Below are positions 51,361 through 64,000 of a DNA stretch of 64,000 nt, one piece after another; the stretch's first letter is position 1, and every line of letters begins with the position of its first letter. This DNA comes from Mytilus edulis. Taxonomy: Eukaryota. The stretch is from NCBI RefSeq assembly GCF_963676685.1, contig NC_092353.1, positions 42,098,001 to 42,162,000 on the forward strand, read 5' to 3'. A program made the translations under genes and the position numbers. Under the pieces are notes generated by a model, which made no database searches, had not been told where the DNA came from, and worked only from the letters and a program-made list of their open reading frames with translations.

Positions 51361-54300
51361 GTTTACCTTGTATTCTTATATAAAACAACATTAACTTACC
51401 CTATATTGAAAGCCAATTGTGGTCTGAACCGGTCAATTCGATTTTTATACAGCTCTATTAAGAGTAATTTGTATCAAATAGTCAGCTTTACAGATATAGC
51501 CACTGCAGTAAGTACAGAGATATAGGAAGATGTGGTGTGAGTGCCAATGAGACAACTCTCAATCCAAATAACGATTTATAATAGTAAACCATTATAGGTC
51601 AATGTACGGCCTTTCAACTATTCATAAAATTCGCATGTAGTCTATTAAAATCTATTATGTATATGGTCATGATGTTTAGACTGTTCAGTTATTTATAAAT
51701 ATACCTGAAAATCATATTGCATTGATCGAAAAGCTACTGCATATTTCTGCATTGACTGTAAATGGATCATTTGAACAGAACTGAATTGTCCCTTATGCGA
51801 CTCAAATTGGTTTACTAGTTTAACATGAACTCACTCAAAAAAATGAGGAAAAAATCTTTACTGTAGTTAAAGTAAGAATTATCAAAGGCGTTTCTTTTCT
51901 CTCCATCAAACTTTCAAATTATCTCTTTTACCGACATTCAGGTCTCATATATCTATATTTATAATATATCTTTTTTGAAAGTAATTTCAGAAAACTCACA
52001 GACGTCATAGGCCAGCCAGGTCAGCTAGGTTACCTTAGATACCCTTTTTTGTTCAATCCCTTGTTGTAAAATTCCATACACTTGATGAGAAATCATTCTT
52101 CATATGCAAAGGCGATCAAAACTGTATAACGTACAGTCATCAGAACGACTTTCATGGAAATATTACTTTTGACACCATGGATACACCTTCTGACATATGT
52201 GATGACGATTATAAACACATCTACATCAGTGGACAAGGATCAAACAACATACACAGATTGAAATGGGACGGGAAAGTAGTATTAGACGTAAGAGTCCACG
52301 TAACAAATGCACAAGATTGGAAAGTTATAGACATACCATTGGACTCCAAGCATAGAATCAACAAACCAGTCGCCGTGTGCTTCAACAAAAACTATACTAA
52401 ATTCTATGTAGTAAATGTATGGGGGAAATCAGTTTTGGTCTTTGATGTTTATTGATGATTGAAAGCAAATACTCCATATTTTACTAGACATTGTTATTTG
52501 TTGTATTCAATTGTTGTTCAATAAAAAAGATATTTTGCATGAATTAGTTCTAGTTTTTGAGAAATGTGTACAGACATTTTAACTCCTAACTAAGAGAAAA
52601 TCTAGATATAAGGGGTTTTGTTTTAGTTAAAGAAAATTAATAAATAGTTGATCCTTAATTCGCGCTTACTTAGGAATCGTTACATTTGATTTGAATTGAG
52701 AAACTATTAATTGTGTTAAATGTCGAAAGTCAATGTTAAGAAACGACCAACTTAGTTTTTCAATAGCATTATATTATTTGATTAAGCTTCGTTAGAATCA
52801 TATGCATGTAATGTATACAGAGAGTTTTCTCATTAGCACTCATACCACATCTTCCTATATCTATGTTTGTATTCTGTTTCATCAAATACTGTCCGTATGT
52901 AGTGTTCACAATATTTGGTTCGATATCAAATAACAAGATTTTTTATTTGTCGTCAATAATCTTTGTAAAATAGGGTAAATACACGACATTGATTTATTAA
53001 TGTAGATATTTTAATTTCAAACATAGAAAACAAAAACCAGTTAATTTAGGCGACAGTGCGCTATCGATGTTCCAATCCCGTAAATCCATGAAAAAAAGAC
53101 AAACCAAGATAATACACCTAATCCTAGGAAATCACATAATTCCAGAAAAAGTGTAGTCATGTTCGACAACAGGGAAAACGTCTTCTTGCATCCATCTTCT
53201 GTGATTTCAACTCGAATATTGCATATAGATTTTGAAATATACACATGATTCTAACCAATTGTATAAAATTATAATTCTTAACATATAACTCATGTAATAT
53301 TATCCACCAACAAATTGAACTGTCTGCCATAGTACACGCGACATGATAAGCAATATCCTGAGTGATACAGATTTAAAAGGTAATGCATAATGGGTTTTGT
53401 TTTAATACAAATTTGCTACAGGTTTGCCATAAAAAAAAAAAGAAAATGATACAACTGAATGTTCAAATTCATCAGTCGAAATCTATCGGACTCTGCCGTG
53501 GCAAAAACTGAACTTACAGAAAGTAAAATAAATTTATGCAAACACAACATACAACAATTAAGACTGAGCAACACAAACCCAACATAAAAACCGGGATTGA
53601 AACACGGTGCTCTGGAAGAGTATGCAGTATGCATATCCTGTCAAATGTCTAATGTTTAAAAATGCTTTCTAAATCTACATTTTCATTGTACGAAGATCCA
53701 TCAGCACATTGGTGACTATACGTCGGCGCATAGCAAACAGACAAATGTGCAAAAGCAAAAATAACTAGTTTACATATTTACAGTTAGATATCTGTTTGTG
53801 GAAGTGAATTCTGAACTGTGAATGGTTAAAAAACTGTACTTGAAATAATCAGTTTTAGAGCTAAGTAATATGTTCTAGAGCTGAATGTTTGGTATTAAAG
53901 TGAATTGGTGAATCTGGTGTTTTTGACTTGCTATAGTAAAAGCTGACGGTTTGGATCTACTGCAATGCGTGTGTGTGAGATTTTGTACATCATTGTTACT
54001 CAATTGATGTTTCTGCGAGTTTCGAGTGACTTCCAATCAAGATGGTAAATCATAGATGTGACACTACTAGTGTTATGGTACATGTTGGTTACGTGGCGTG
54101 CTGTCCTACTTTGTACTTTTCAATGTTGGTGGTTTGTTTGGAGATTAGGGGGGGGGGGGGGTTGTGAGGTGACAAAATTGAAGAGCAGTATTCTAAATTT
54201 GATCGTACCATGAATGTGTAAGCCAAACTTTTTGTTTCTTTCTGATTTTTTTTAAGTTTCTTTTAAGAAAGTCAAATATCTAATTTGTTTTTGCAGTTAT

Positions 54301-54995
54301 GTTATTTATATCGGTATCACATGTTGTTAGATAAGGTTTAACCAAGATATTTTGTAGTGTTGACGGATGCTAAAATGTGGCCTTTAAATGCATAGTCATG
54401 TTTGAATGGTGGCTGTGATCTTGTTACAGTGAGATATTGGCATTTGTTCTGGGTGGAATTGCATACCCCAAGTGTGTTTCCATTTTGTGATAGTCAGTTA
54501 CTACATGTATATTGTTAAAGAAATTTATCCATAAAATAAACGAAAACATTATTAATAAATGTTATGTATATGATTATTAAAAACCGAGACACTATATGGT
54601 TGCAATGTCAGAATTCTTGGTAGAAAGGTTTAATCTAGTTATTTCTATAGCTCGAGTAAGGTTTTTTGGTACTTTTAACTCTGCTCCGATCTTCGATATA
54701 AATGCATATAATCCGAACCGAACCTCTCCGGGATATAAGATTGTGTTCGGTTTTGGCTGATGATATGAGTAGTTGGAAGACCAACTCTGTGTTTAAATCT
54801 GAAGATATTTTATATTCCTTTGTTATCGCTATTTTGTGCATTTTTCTTTTTGAATTTTTTTTGTGATAATTTTTATATCATGCTTCTCGCTAGAGATGGA
54901 AAAATTGTCGCTAGAAACTAGGGAGGCCACGTGGCGTTGCTAACGAAATTGACATTGAAATTGACAACGTCGTTATAGGTAAAATAGCGATAAAC

Positions 54996-55094
54996 AGATT
55001 ATTGTTGATCATCTCAACGAGATTGATTTTCTCACTTTCGCTGTAACAGCTCAAGTGAGAAAATCAATCTCGTTGAGATGATCAACGATAATCT
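54996..55094. repeat. Near-perfect 42-bp-arm inverted repeat at the end of an interspersed element (~54632-55097)
   Basis: AGATTATTGTTGATCATCTCAACGAGATTGATTTTCTCACTT-15-nt loop-AAGTGAGAAAATCAATCTCGTTGAGATGATCAACGATAATCT; one mismatch. Confidence 0.9.
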
Positions 55095-55112
55095 ATAATT
55101 ATAACAAAAAAA

Positions 55113-55931
55113 CAAGGAAGGGATAAATAGTTATAAAATAAACAAATAACAAAGAACTTTGATCATTAGATTTGTTTACAAGAGTCACTTCCTTCGGATT
55201 TTATTGTATGGAAGAGTAACACGTAATGTGAAGTGAAAGTCGATGAAGCAGTAACAAAAAACAATATACAATGTTTAGAACAAATCAATACAACAATTCA
55301 AATAGTGAATATAAATATATCTCGGACGATGTGTAACATGTCGATTAGTTGTAGTTAACGTTTTACATATATATATATATTAATCTTTTCGGCAAAAATT
55401 ACGTAAACTGATGCACTCCAAAATAATTTCGTAATATACAGTGAGTGCCAGAATATAATGAATGGTGTAAAATGTATATATTCATTGAATATATTATATA
55501 ATGTCTAAAAATAGCAACAATCAAGGAAGGGATAAATAGTTATAAAATAAACAACTAACAACGAACTTTGATCATTAGATATGTTTACAAGAGTCACATC
55601 CTTCGATTCTTATTGTATGGAAGAGTAACACGTAATGTGAAGTGAAAGTCGATGAAGCAGTAACAAAAAAAGATAAATATGTCTAGAAAAAATCAATACA
55701 ACAATTCAAATAGTGAATATAAATATATCTCGGACGATGTGTAAAATGTCGATTAGTTTTAATTAAAGTTTTACATAATATATTAATCTTTTCGGCAAAA
55801 ATTACATTAACTGATGCACTCCAAAATGATTTCGTGATATACATTGAGTGCCAGAATATAATAAATGGTGTATAATGTATATATTCATTGATTATAATAT
55901 ATAATGTCTAAAAATAGCAACAATTAAGGAA
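55113..55931. repeat. Tandem duplication of ~409 bp (2 copies)
   Basis: CAAGGAAGGGATAAATAGTTATAAA starts at 55113 and 55522; the copies are colinear. Confidence 0.92.
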
Positions 55932-58900
55932 TATAATATATGCAATAGAAAATATGGTTTCACAAATTCTTGTTGATGGTATATTTTACGGGCCTTATTA
56001 CTTTCGTATTTCCCTTAGACACGATAAAGGCTCGGCGGATATAGGATTTTTATGTAATCTATAATCTTACGCGTATTCCGTTACAATGAGGTTAAATATT
56101 TTATAGAGATCTATCGAAAGTCCTCTTTAAAACAGTTGATCGGATGTTGATAGATTAATACAGCTTTAATTACAAAAGGTATTGTCAAGATAGTTATGTT
56201 AATTATATCAGCTTATCACATCTTCGTGTGTAATCAACTATTTTGTTTCTTAATAATTACAAATTAACAAACGAAAGATGAATGCGTCTATCTCTTTTCA
56301 ATCACAGTATAGCTGCATAACAACATGACAATGAGCACCTAAAGGTATTATTCACATTATGTAAATGCTTTCCTTTGTGCATTGTTACAAACAAAAATAC
56401 AAAAAGGGGTATGCCAAAAATACATGATACATGAGATATAGTTGAGTAATGAGTTAATAAACATGAAATGGCAGGTTTCATATATTTTGCTAACCAACAA
56501 AAAATTTACTATCAATATTGGACATTTAAAACTTCTAAACCGTGTATTGAAATAAGAATTTTGAATTCGTTTGAAGAGGGGCCAAAATTGCCTTTATTGG
56601 CTATATATTCTTTTTTTCGACCTGAAAACTATTTTGTGTCGTAAAACTTTTCTGTTGTCTTGCTAATTTACTCTTATTGATATTTTTTGAGGGAGGGGGA
56701 TTTTAGCGATCTGTCATGTTAAACAAAACATCACAAAAGAAAAAAATATAACATCTAAATATAGGTATTGGATCCATATTCTAACGATCTAAGAAATTTG
56801 TACTATGAGACACCGATACATTGTTGTTCACTGTTTCAAAAGATGGCCAAGAACTGTTTAAAACAAATTATGTAAATTGGGAAATTAACAAGATGTGCTT
56901 GGCCAAATTGCTTATTGTTTCATATTTGTATATATGTAATGCTAATGCACCATGCATTTAAGAGAAAATTAAGTGCAAATTCATATAAAAAGTATGTTAT
57001 GCCAGTCATATTCGGGAATTGAATTAGCCTATAAACAATGACTAGTTGTGTGGCTACCATTCATACAACACCGATCTCTTACAATATAATTGTTACAATA
57101 AACATAGCATCACATTATGATTCCATATTTTCAGCCCGTTCCATTAACTTAAAGTTATAATTCTGCCTGTATGTCATTCGAAGCAAAATCGTAAAAGACG
57201 GTTAGATAAACGAAATATTGCTCACTGCATTCAGATGAATTAAGTGTTAGAACAGTCTCAATTTTATTTTTATGTTGCAGAATAATATACAACTGGCATC
57301 ACCCATTCTCTCATATACAATTATGATTTCAAGTTGCAATGACATGTGCCTTTATTGAGGGTGGTGAAGGGCTATTTTCGTGCAGCGTGCTTTGCCATTT
57401 TTATTTCACTTGTAGCCGTGAAAAAGGTTCGTTATTCACCGTGTTTCGTGGAAATGGTTAAAAGAAGATAAACGTGCAAGATTTTTTGAATTTTTTGTTC
57501 ATCGTGAAATAATATATATTAATAAACATGTACATGGTGTAAGGAACTATAAATGTAGATAAAGAAAAATACATTTGTAACAATTTCTTAATATAAGGTG
57601 CACATTACATTTCTACATAAACGACAATCTATAACGTATTTCGGTATACAATTCGTTTGTAGTACAGAATGTATTATCAATATTACATTACAAACAAAAT
57701 ATCATGATTAATAAAGTATATTTTGAAAAAGATATATTAAAGTTACGAAAACATTATAAATATATATGGTGTCAAATTTTGCACGTTACACACGACACAT
57801 TATTGAGGTTTAGTTGACTCACTTCTAATGAAGCATGATCACTATAATTCAATCGATGTATGTTTCTTTTTTTAACCAAACAATATAAAAAGGCTACATG
57901 AATGTAAAATGTACAGCCGGATCATCAAGAACAAATCCTAAATTGTATATCTATTAAACCTTTATGATTGCATCGTATGATTTTATGTCATTGAAAGGCT
58001 TCCATAAAAACTGATGCGTAAATGTAATAAGGAAGTTAAAAGTTCGATCTGTCGTTGGCCTTTAATTCCACAATCCTACGTCCTATGGTTTCTGGTGGAT
58101 CATTGGCAATCATACCACATCTTCTCATTTTAAAGCAGTTATAAACAGTGGTATAGTTTGTTTTTAACAAAAGAACAAAAGAAAGGTAATGCATTTACTA
58201 TGATCTGATTCATGTTTTGTTCAATTAACATTAAACTTGTAATTAAGACATCAACTATATTTATGAAATCAAATCATGCAAAGTTTAGACTACAATTGAG
58301 TGCCAATAGTTATAAAAAGTTTAGTACACATAAGGGAACGTCCACTTAACTTACAGGGGGGTATTGTCTTGTGGTATTTTTCTTTAAAATATTCTGATGC
58401 CCATTCGATAAAAGAAGATATTCTGTTTGAGCAGATGACCAGAAAGATATATTGAATCTAGATTTTACCCATAGCTTATAGTCCTAAATTTTGAAGCAAA
58501 ATAATTTAAATGATAGCGTTAAAAACAAAATAAAGTTGGTCATCAAAATTTTTAAAAAAAATTGTTATAAATTGAATTAAGCCGATCGGAAAGTTCTATC
58601 ATGGTCTATGGTCGGGGGGTTGTTTGTCTCTTTGACACATTCCCCATTTCCATTCTCAATTTGATCATATACAAGATTATTATAAGTCGCAATGATCATC
58701 TAATGCAATACATTTTTTGCGAAGTTAGTGTTTTATATGCCTTTTTAATGTCCCATTTGTATTTTTCGCTTCATTTCTTAATTATTTTATGTTGAAATAC
58801 ATAATTTTATCAAGATATTCGAACGTGTGCCATGCGTAAATAAGGGATTGATGACTCATCATCTGATAATTTCTTCATTAGGCTCTATTGAAACAGGGAG

Positions 58901-59552
58901 ACAAGTAAATGATACAATTAAAATAAAACAAATACTGAACTCCGAGAAAAAATAAAAAAAGGAAGACACTTATCATATGGCACAATCAAAAACTCAAACA
59001 CATCAAACGAACGGATAACAACTGTCATATTCCTTGCTTGATACTGGCATTTTCCTATGTAGAAAAAAAATTATTTAACCTAGATAGACCTCTGTGACTT
59101 ATATGACAGTCGCATCAAGTTCCATTATATTGACAACGATATTTGAACAAAACAAACAGACATATTAGGTAAAAATATTAAATATAGGGATACAGCAGTC
59201 AACATTTTGTTGTAATCTGAATCACAAATATGTAACTAAGAATCTAAAAATGTCATATAGACCAAACATGTTAGCAAAATTTAAAGACAAGCGAACACAA
59301 TGTTTTACAATAGCACAATAACAGGATGTAAAAGTACACAGCCACGTCATATGTATCAAAGAAACACGAAAGGCATATAAACAAAGCACATTATCAAAAA
59401 CGAGTAACCTGGATACGAGAGTTATCATAGAACGGGATGTGCATTTCACTATTCATAAAGACAAATAAAATAATAGTATAACCCGTTATTAAGATGACAA
59501 CAGTATAAAACATTATTAATAGTTATCAAATGTACCAGGATTGTAATTTAGT

Positions 59553-59596
59553 ACGCCAGACGCGCGTTTCGTCTACGTAAGACTCATCAGTGACGC
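59553..59596 (-). ncRNA. Minimal type I hammerhead ribozyme (family A copy 59518-59850)
   Basis: Minus strand GCGTCA-CTGATGA-GTCT(TACGT)AGAC-GAAA-CGCGCGTC^-TGGCGT. The element sits in a ~27-bp TATTAAGATGACAACAGTAT minisatellite. Confidence 0.88.
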
Positions 59597-60191
59597 TCTT
59601 ATCAAAATATTTATAAAGCCAAACATGTACAAAGTTGAAGAGCATTGATGATCCAAAATTCCAAAAAGTTGTGCCAAATTTGGCTAAAGTAATTTATGCA
59701 TGGGATAAGAAATTCCTTTGTTTTTCGAAAAATTCAAAGTTTTGTTAACAGGAAATTTATAAAAATGACCACATTATTGATATTCATGTCAACACCGAAG
59801 TGTTGACTACTGGGCTGGTGATACCCTCGGGGACGAAACGTCCACCAGCATATTAAGATGACAACAGTATGAAACGTTATTATGATGACAACAGTATAAC
59901 ACGTTATTAAGATGACAACAGTATTAAGATGATCACCGCCTAAAAGATTAGTTGTGGATAAAAACTGTTCTAATATATTATGTGTTATATATATTAGATT
60001 AGTTCCTTATCGAATGTTCTGATGGAATATCATTAAATAGACAAATAAAAGTAGGTGCAATAAATTGCATCTTTACAGTTTCCTAGACTCAAGAACATAG
60101 TGTTTGTTTAATGTTTCAACAGTCGCCATTTTACCGTACGACAACGAATGAATATAATTAGTTATCAAAGGTACCAGGATTATAATTCAGT

Positions 60192-60235
60192 ACGCCACAC
60201 GCGCGTTTCGTCTACATACGACTCATCAGTGACGC
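60192..60235 (-). ncRNA. Family A hammerhead with GUG at the cleavage triplet (probably inactive)
   Basis: Minus strand ...CTGATGA-GTCGTATGTAGAC-GAAA-CGCGCGTG-TGGCGT. Confidence 0.7.
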
Positions 60236-60465
60236 TCATATCAATATATAAATGAGTTTATCTGACACACAACTGTGCGCCAAATTTACCAAGGAAATGT
60301 CTACTGAATGCATTTAAGAAAATACCCAATCACTTATCTTTCAATCATGCAAAAAGTTACAGGATAAAAGATTGTAATTTTGATTGATAGATAAACATTC
60401 TGTAATTTCTATTCCTCTTCTTTTTTTTATTATTTTGCTACTAGTTTCAATATTCAAGTGGGATT

Positions 60466-60872
60466 GTCAGAGAACACAGTTATTTCGTAGCATTTTTTTT
60501 AGACAATAAATGATAATAAAAAAAATGCCACTTGCGCTTTCTGAATAATATTTCTACAGTGCATTGTACTACTTTTGGGACAAATTATATCAAAATTATA
60601 AAACACTTCTAGCTCAAAATATGGACAATTTCATGTTAAGGAGTCTTGAAATCTTTTTACAGCTTCCGAACTGCTAATTTTCAACCTTTTTCACCTGGAC
60701 CAAATCACCTACTTTAAAATTCATGACCCTAATTTCATCCCCTACTTGCTATCTGAGGCTTTAAACATGAAGAACTGAATTTAAAAGGGGTAAGTAACAT
60801 ACTGCCCACACTAGGGACAATATTCGTGGACAACAAAAAACAAAGGACGATAACTGTGTTCCTGGACCAGAT
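60466..60872. mobile_element. MITE-like element; a partial second copy lies at 62358-62583 in the copy 4 intron
   Basis: Imperfect TIR (GAACACAGTTAT / ATAACTGTGTTC); the 3' half is repeated at 62358-62583. Confidence 0.55.
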
Positions 60873-61024
60873 AAAATATTTCTTTTGCAATTGGAAGTTT
60901 AATTTGAAAATTCTTCCGATTATTGTTTTTTTTTTCCTTTAACTATCATTAGCATTTTTTTTTTTTTATTATTTTACTTAATAATACATTCGTTATTTGT
61001 AAAATATTTTTTCCAGAATATCTG

Positions 61025-63102
61025 ATGGCACAAGTGTTGGCGGTACCTGGAGAAATCAGACATGGATTTTCGTTCTACCACTCTATCAACCATGACTTCG
61101 GCAGAATTACTGGGATAGCAGCCACAGCAAAGGGAAACGTTTTATTATGTGACTTTGATAAAAAGAATCTGATTCTAGTTGATCCTCTTGGAAGTTATCT
61201 CAACAAGATTAACGTTGACAGCGAACCATATGATGTGGCTATTACAGGTGAAAATGTTGGCTACATAACCCAACCTTCCACCAGATCTGTATTACAGATT
61301 GACCCGGATAGAATGATTATAGTTTTGAAAACATCAATCAACGATTTAGGCGCTACCGTGATGTGTTCTACAGCATTCTCGACTTCTTTATGTTTTCTAT
61401 GCTTCAATCTTGAAGGAAAATCGTATGCATATCAAGCGTATGACAATGCCATGTAAGTCGTTTAATGCTATGTATGACGTTCTATATCTGATTTTCTGCC
61501 TCTTTATATCACCAAGTCATTATACTGTACACATTGCCCTCACTTTGTATAAATTAAAAGAATCAGACGAAAAAAAAAATCTACATGCATCACGATGATT
61601 TGTCTTATAGTATCTATCAATCACATTCACTGTCATAATTTACATACAATTCTTAATGTGTACATCACCTGAACATGCGGAATGTGTTGAATAGGCCAGG
61701 ATGAAAAACATCAGCAGTAATATATAGAAGTAATGATTAAACAATATACGAATACGTTATAGATAATAAATGAATTTGGTATTCTTAATTTGACAAAAAT
61801 ATACATAATTATCCACATATTTAACCGGTAAAATCGTTCTTATTCAAGGACATTCAAAAAATATTCAACGAGTGAATCATGAACTATTTATCCGTATATA
61901 TATATATTAAAAGAGAAAAGAGAAAAGGCAAGCAACATAGCTTAAAACACAAACATTTTTTTTTCAATGCGAACCCTTACCGAATAATAAATTGTTTTTT
62001 GTTCTAATTATGCATAAGAAACATATTTCAATGTTTGTCACTGTTGTTTTTTAATAATATTTGAATAAAATTGTCCACCATGTTTTGTGTACAGCGATAA
62101 AAAAAAGAATTATGCCATCACGACACAGCTTAATAACAGATCTAGATTTGAACTCTAAAACGTAAAAGATTAAATATACATTTCCTGTAAATTGATAAAT
62201 AATTGTCGATACATATTCATACCTTAAAACTTTATTGTATGATTTCCTTCTAATCACAAGAGTTTATTTGGTATATAAAATCAAAACATCAACCAATTGA
62301 TATTTTCAATCTCTAAACATACAACTATCCGCTTTAATTGTTACCCCTGAAAAGAAGCTGGACAAAATCATTACTTTACTTTAAAATTCATCACCCGATA
62401 TTTTTCACAGTGTAATTCCATCACCCTACTTGCTATTTGGGGCATTAAACATGAAGAAACAAATTTGAAAGAGATATAAAAAAGAAAGGCAAAAAAACTC
62501 TCTCCACATTAGGGACTACACTCACTCATGGACAACGAAACGGACAACAAAAATCAAAGAATGATAACTTGTTCCCGGACCAGTTGATGTCAAACAGATA
62601 TTTGATTCAACATTTTAGTTCTAAAACATCTCTGGAATAACGGGTCTAATGCTTATTTCTAAATTTTCATATTTGATAAATAAATAATTTCAGAAGCTTT
62701 CCAAACATATCTGGATATAAAAACTGGCACATTGGTCCTCATATTATAAAGTGCCATGCAGTTGATGGGAGGACATGTTTTTCCTGTCATGTAGGTCACA
62801 ACTATATCACAGAAAGCAAAATGACCTTCCCGATTTTCATGACAAGACAGCAGAATATAAGTATTGCCACCATCGATACACCAACTGACATATGCTCTGA
62901 TAATTATGGGCACCTCTACGTCAGTGGACAAGGTTCAAACAACATACACAGACTGACACAGGAGGGAAAGGTCATAGATATACCCTTACATTCACAGCAT
63001 GGAATAACACAGCCAGTTGCCGTATGTTTTAACCAAAACTATAGTAAATTATATATTGTCAACGAATGGGGGAAATCAGTGTTCATCTTTAATGTTTATT
63101 GA
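61025..63102 (+). CDS. NHL/six-bladed beta-propeller protein copy 4, intact (exons 61025-61452 and 62694-63102; 278 aa)
   Basis: Phase-2 donor AT|GTAAGT at 61453 and acceptor TTTCAG at 62693 give a continuous stop-free frame joining the two track ORFs. NHL-like blades as in copy 2. Confidence 0.9.
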
Positions 63103-63152
63103 TGATTTATAACAGTACATGTTGATTTTTGTATTTTATGATTTCCTATTAA

Positions 63153-63744
63153 GGTAGATCACAAGTATATATTTTTTGAGACAGAATTTTTTTATTATTT
63201 GCCACAATGAAGATTTTACTATGCTCTTTTAAAAAATTTAATACAAAGTATGGGTCACCGTGCTATTTTTCAAGTTATGAGTCGTTGAAAATTGCCAACA
63301 TTTGGTTAGTTTGTTCATGAAAAAACACATTAGTGTGCATAAAAAAAATCTTTGAGAAAGAATTTTGAAATAAATTGTGAGAAGAAAGGTTTCATAATAT
63401 GTTTTAAGAAAATAAAAAGAAAACATGGTGTCACCGACCTTGTTTTCTTGCTACAAGTAAAAATTAAAATAAATCTCTATTAGACCAGTATAAATGTTGT
63501 ACTAAAAGAGTTAGCTCCCCTTAAATGGCTCATTTGAAAAAAATGATTTTAAATTAAAAAAAAATGATATTTGTTAAAATATTTTGTATAATACAATTAA
63601 TTAACAAGTTTTTTTTAGATAGATAAAACAGTCTATCCATTGAATTGCAAATCTGTCTCCAAATTTGCAGATTTAGGCAAATAACTAGACCGATTTTGTA
63701 CTGTGATTGTTCAATCCAAGATGGCGGTATACCATGAATCTACC
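63153..63744. mobile_element. Kolobok-like MITE 50 bp downstream of the copy 4 stop codon
   Basis: TTAA-GGTAGATCACAAGTATA...TATACCATGAATCTACC-TTAA. Confidence 0.75.
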
Positions 63745-64000
63745 TTAAATTAATACTGTCCTTCACAAAAATAGTACACATGTTATATACATAGTACATC
63801 GTCTAACGTATAAACGTAAAATCAAACGATTTATGTTATGCTGCTGCACAAACAAAGCTATATCGTAGTAGATGTTTTGAAAAGATGAACTATTTTACCT
63901 TTCATGAAACATATTGATTTTCTACAATGCGATATTTTACTCACAATATTAAGTAAAACATCTCTATGATAATAAGTTCAATAAATTTGAAATATCTAAA

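Larger units (their letters stand above)
42838..52455 (+). pseudogene. NHL/beta-propeller gene copy 3 (exons 42838-43281 and 51991-52455), disabled
   Basis: MAQVLAKPGDVRHGF...; TGA at 42946 (Gly in paralogs); +1 frameshift near 43265; frameshift near 52045; exon 2 ends VNVWGKSVLVFDVY*. The 8.7-kb intron is inflated by insertions. Confidence 0.82.

Noticed and set aside
55113-55931. 409-bp tandem duplicate as a third retrozyme family
   Set aside because: No CTGANGA...GAAA core found on either strand; it looks like a plain local duplication.

Overview
AT-rich, intron-containing, repeat-dense eukaryotic (animal) DNA. The repeat families look like those of a bivalve, most probably a Mytilus mussel; this is inferred, not shown by the sequence. 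There are two assembly gaps. The host genes are a head-to-tail array of four paralogous two-coding-exon genes for ~280-aa NHL/six-bladed beta-propeller proteins on the + strand. Copies 2 and 4 are intact; copies 1 and 3 are disabled. The outer blades are conserved and the central ~100 aa are hypervariable. Between copies 1 and 2 lies a decayed Ty3/Gypsy LTR retrotransposon (- strand, 23033-29556). After pol it carries an unusual extra ORF, with a splice acceptor directly before the ATG, encoding two C2H2-like zinc fingers, a coiled coil and an NLS-like segment. The window also holds many minimal type I hammerhead ribozymes in two retrozyme-like families, including a 3 x 351-bp tandem array inserted into another family's ribozyme. 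Other elements: a 4.3-kb element with RSS-heptamer-like termini (CACTGTG/CACAGTG) and a 5-bp TSD (Transib/RAG-type hallmarks), a 4.3-kb Harbinger-type element, Tc1, Kolobok-like and hAT-like MITEs, Penelope-like RT remnants, LINE remnants and tRNA-derived SINEs. Most short ORFs in the supplied track are spurious.
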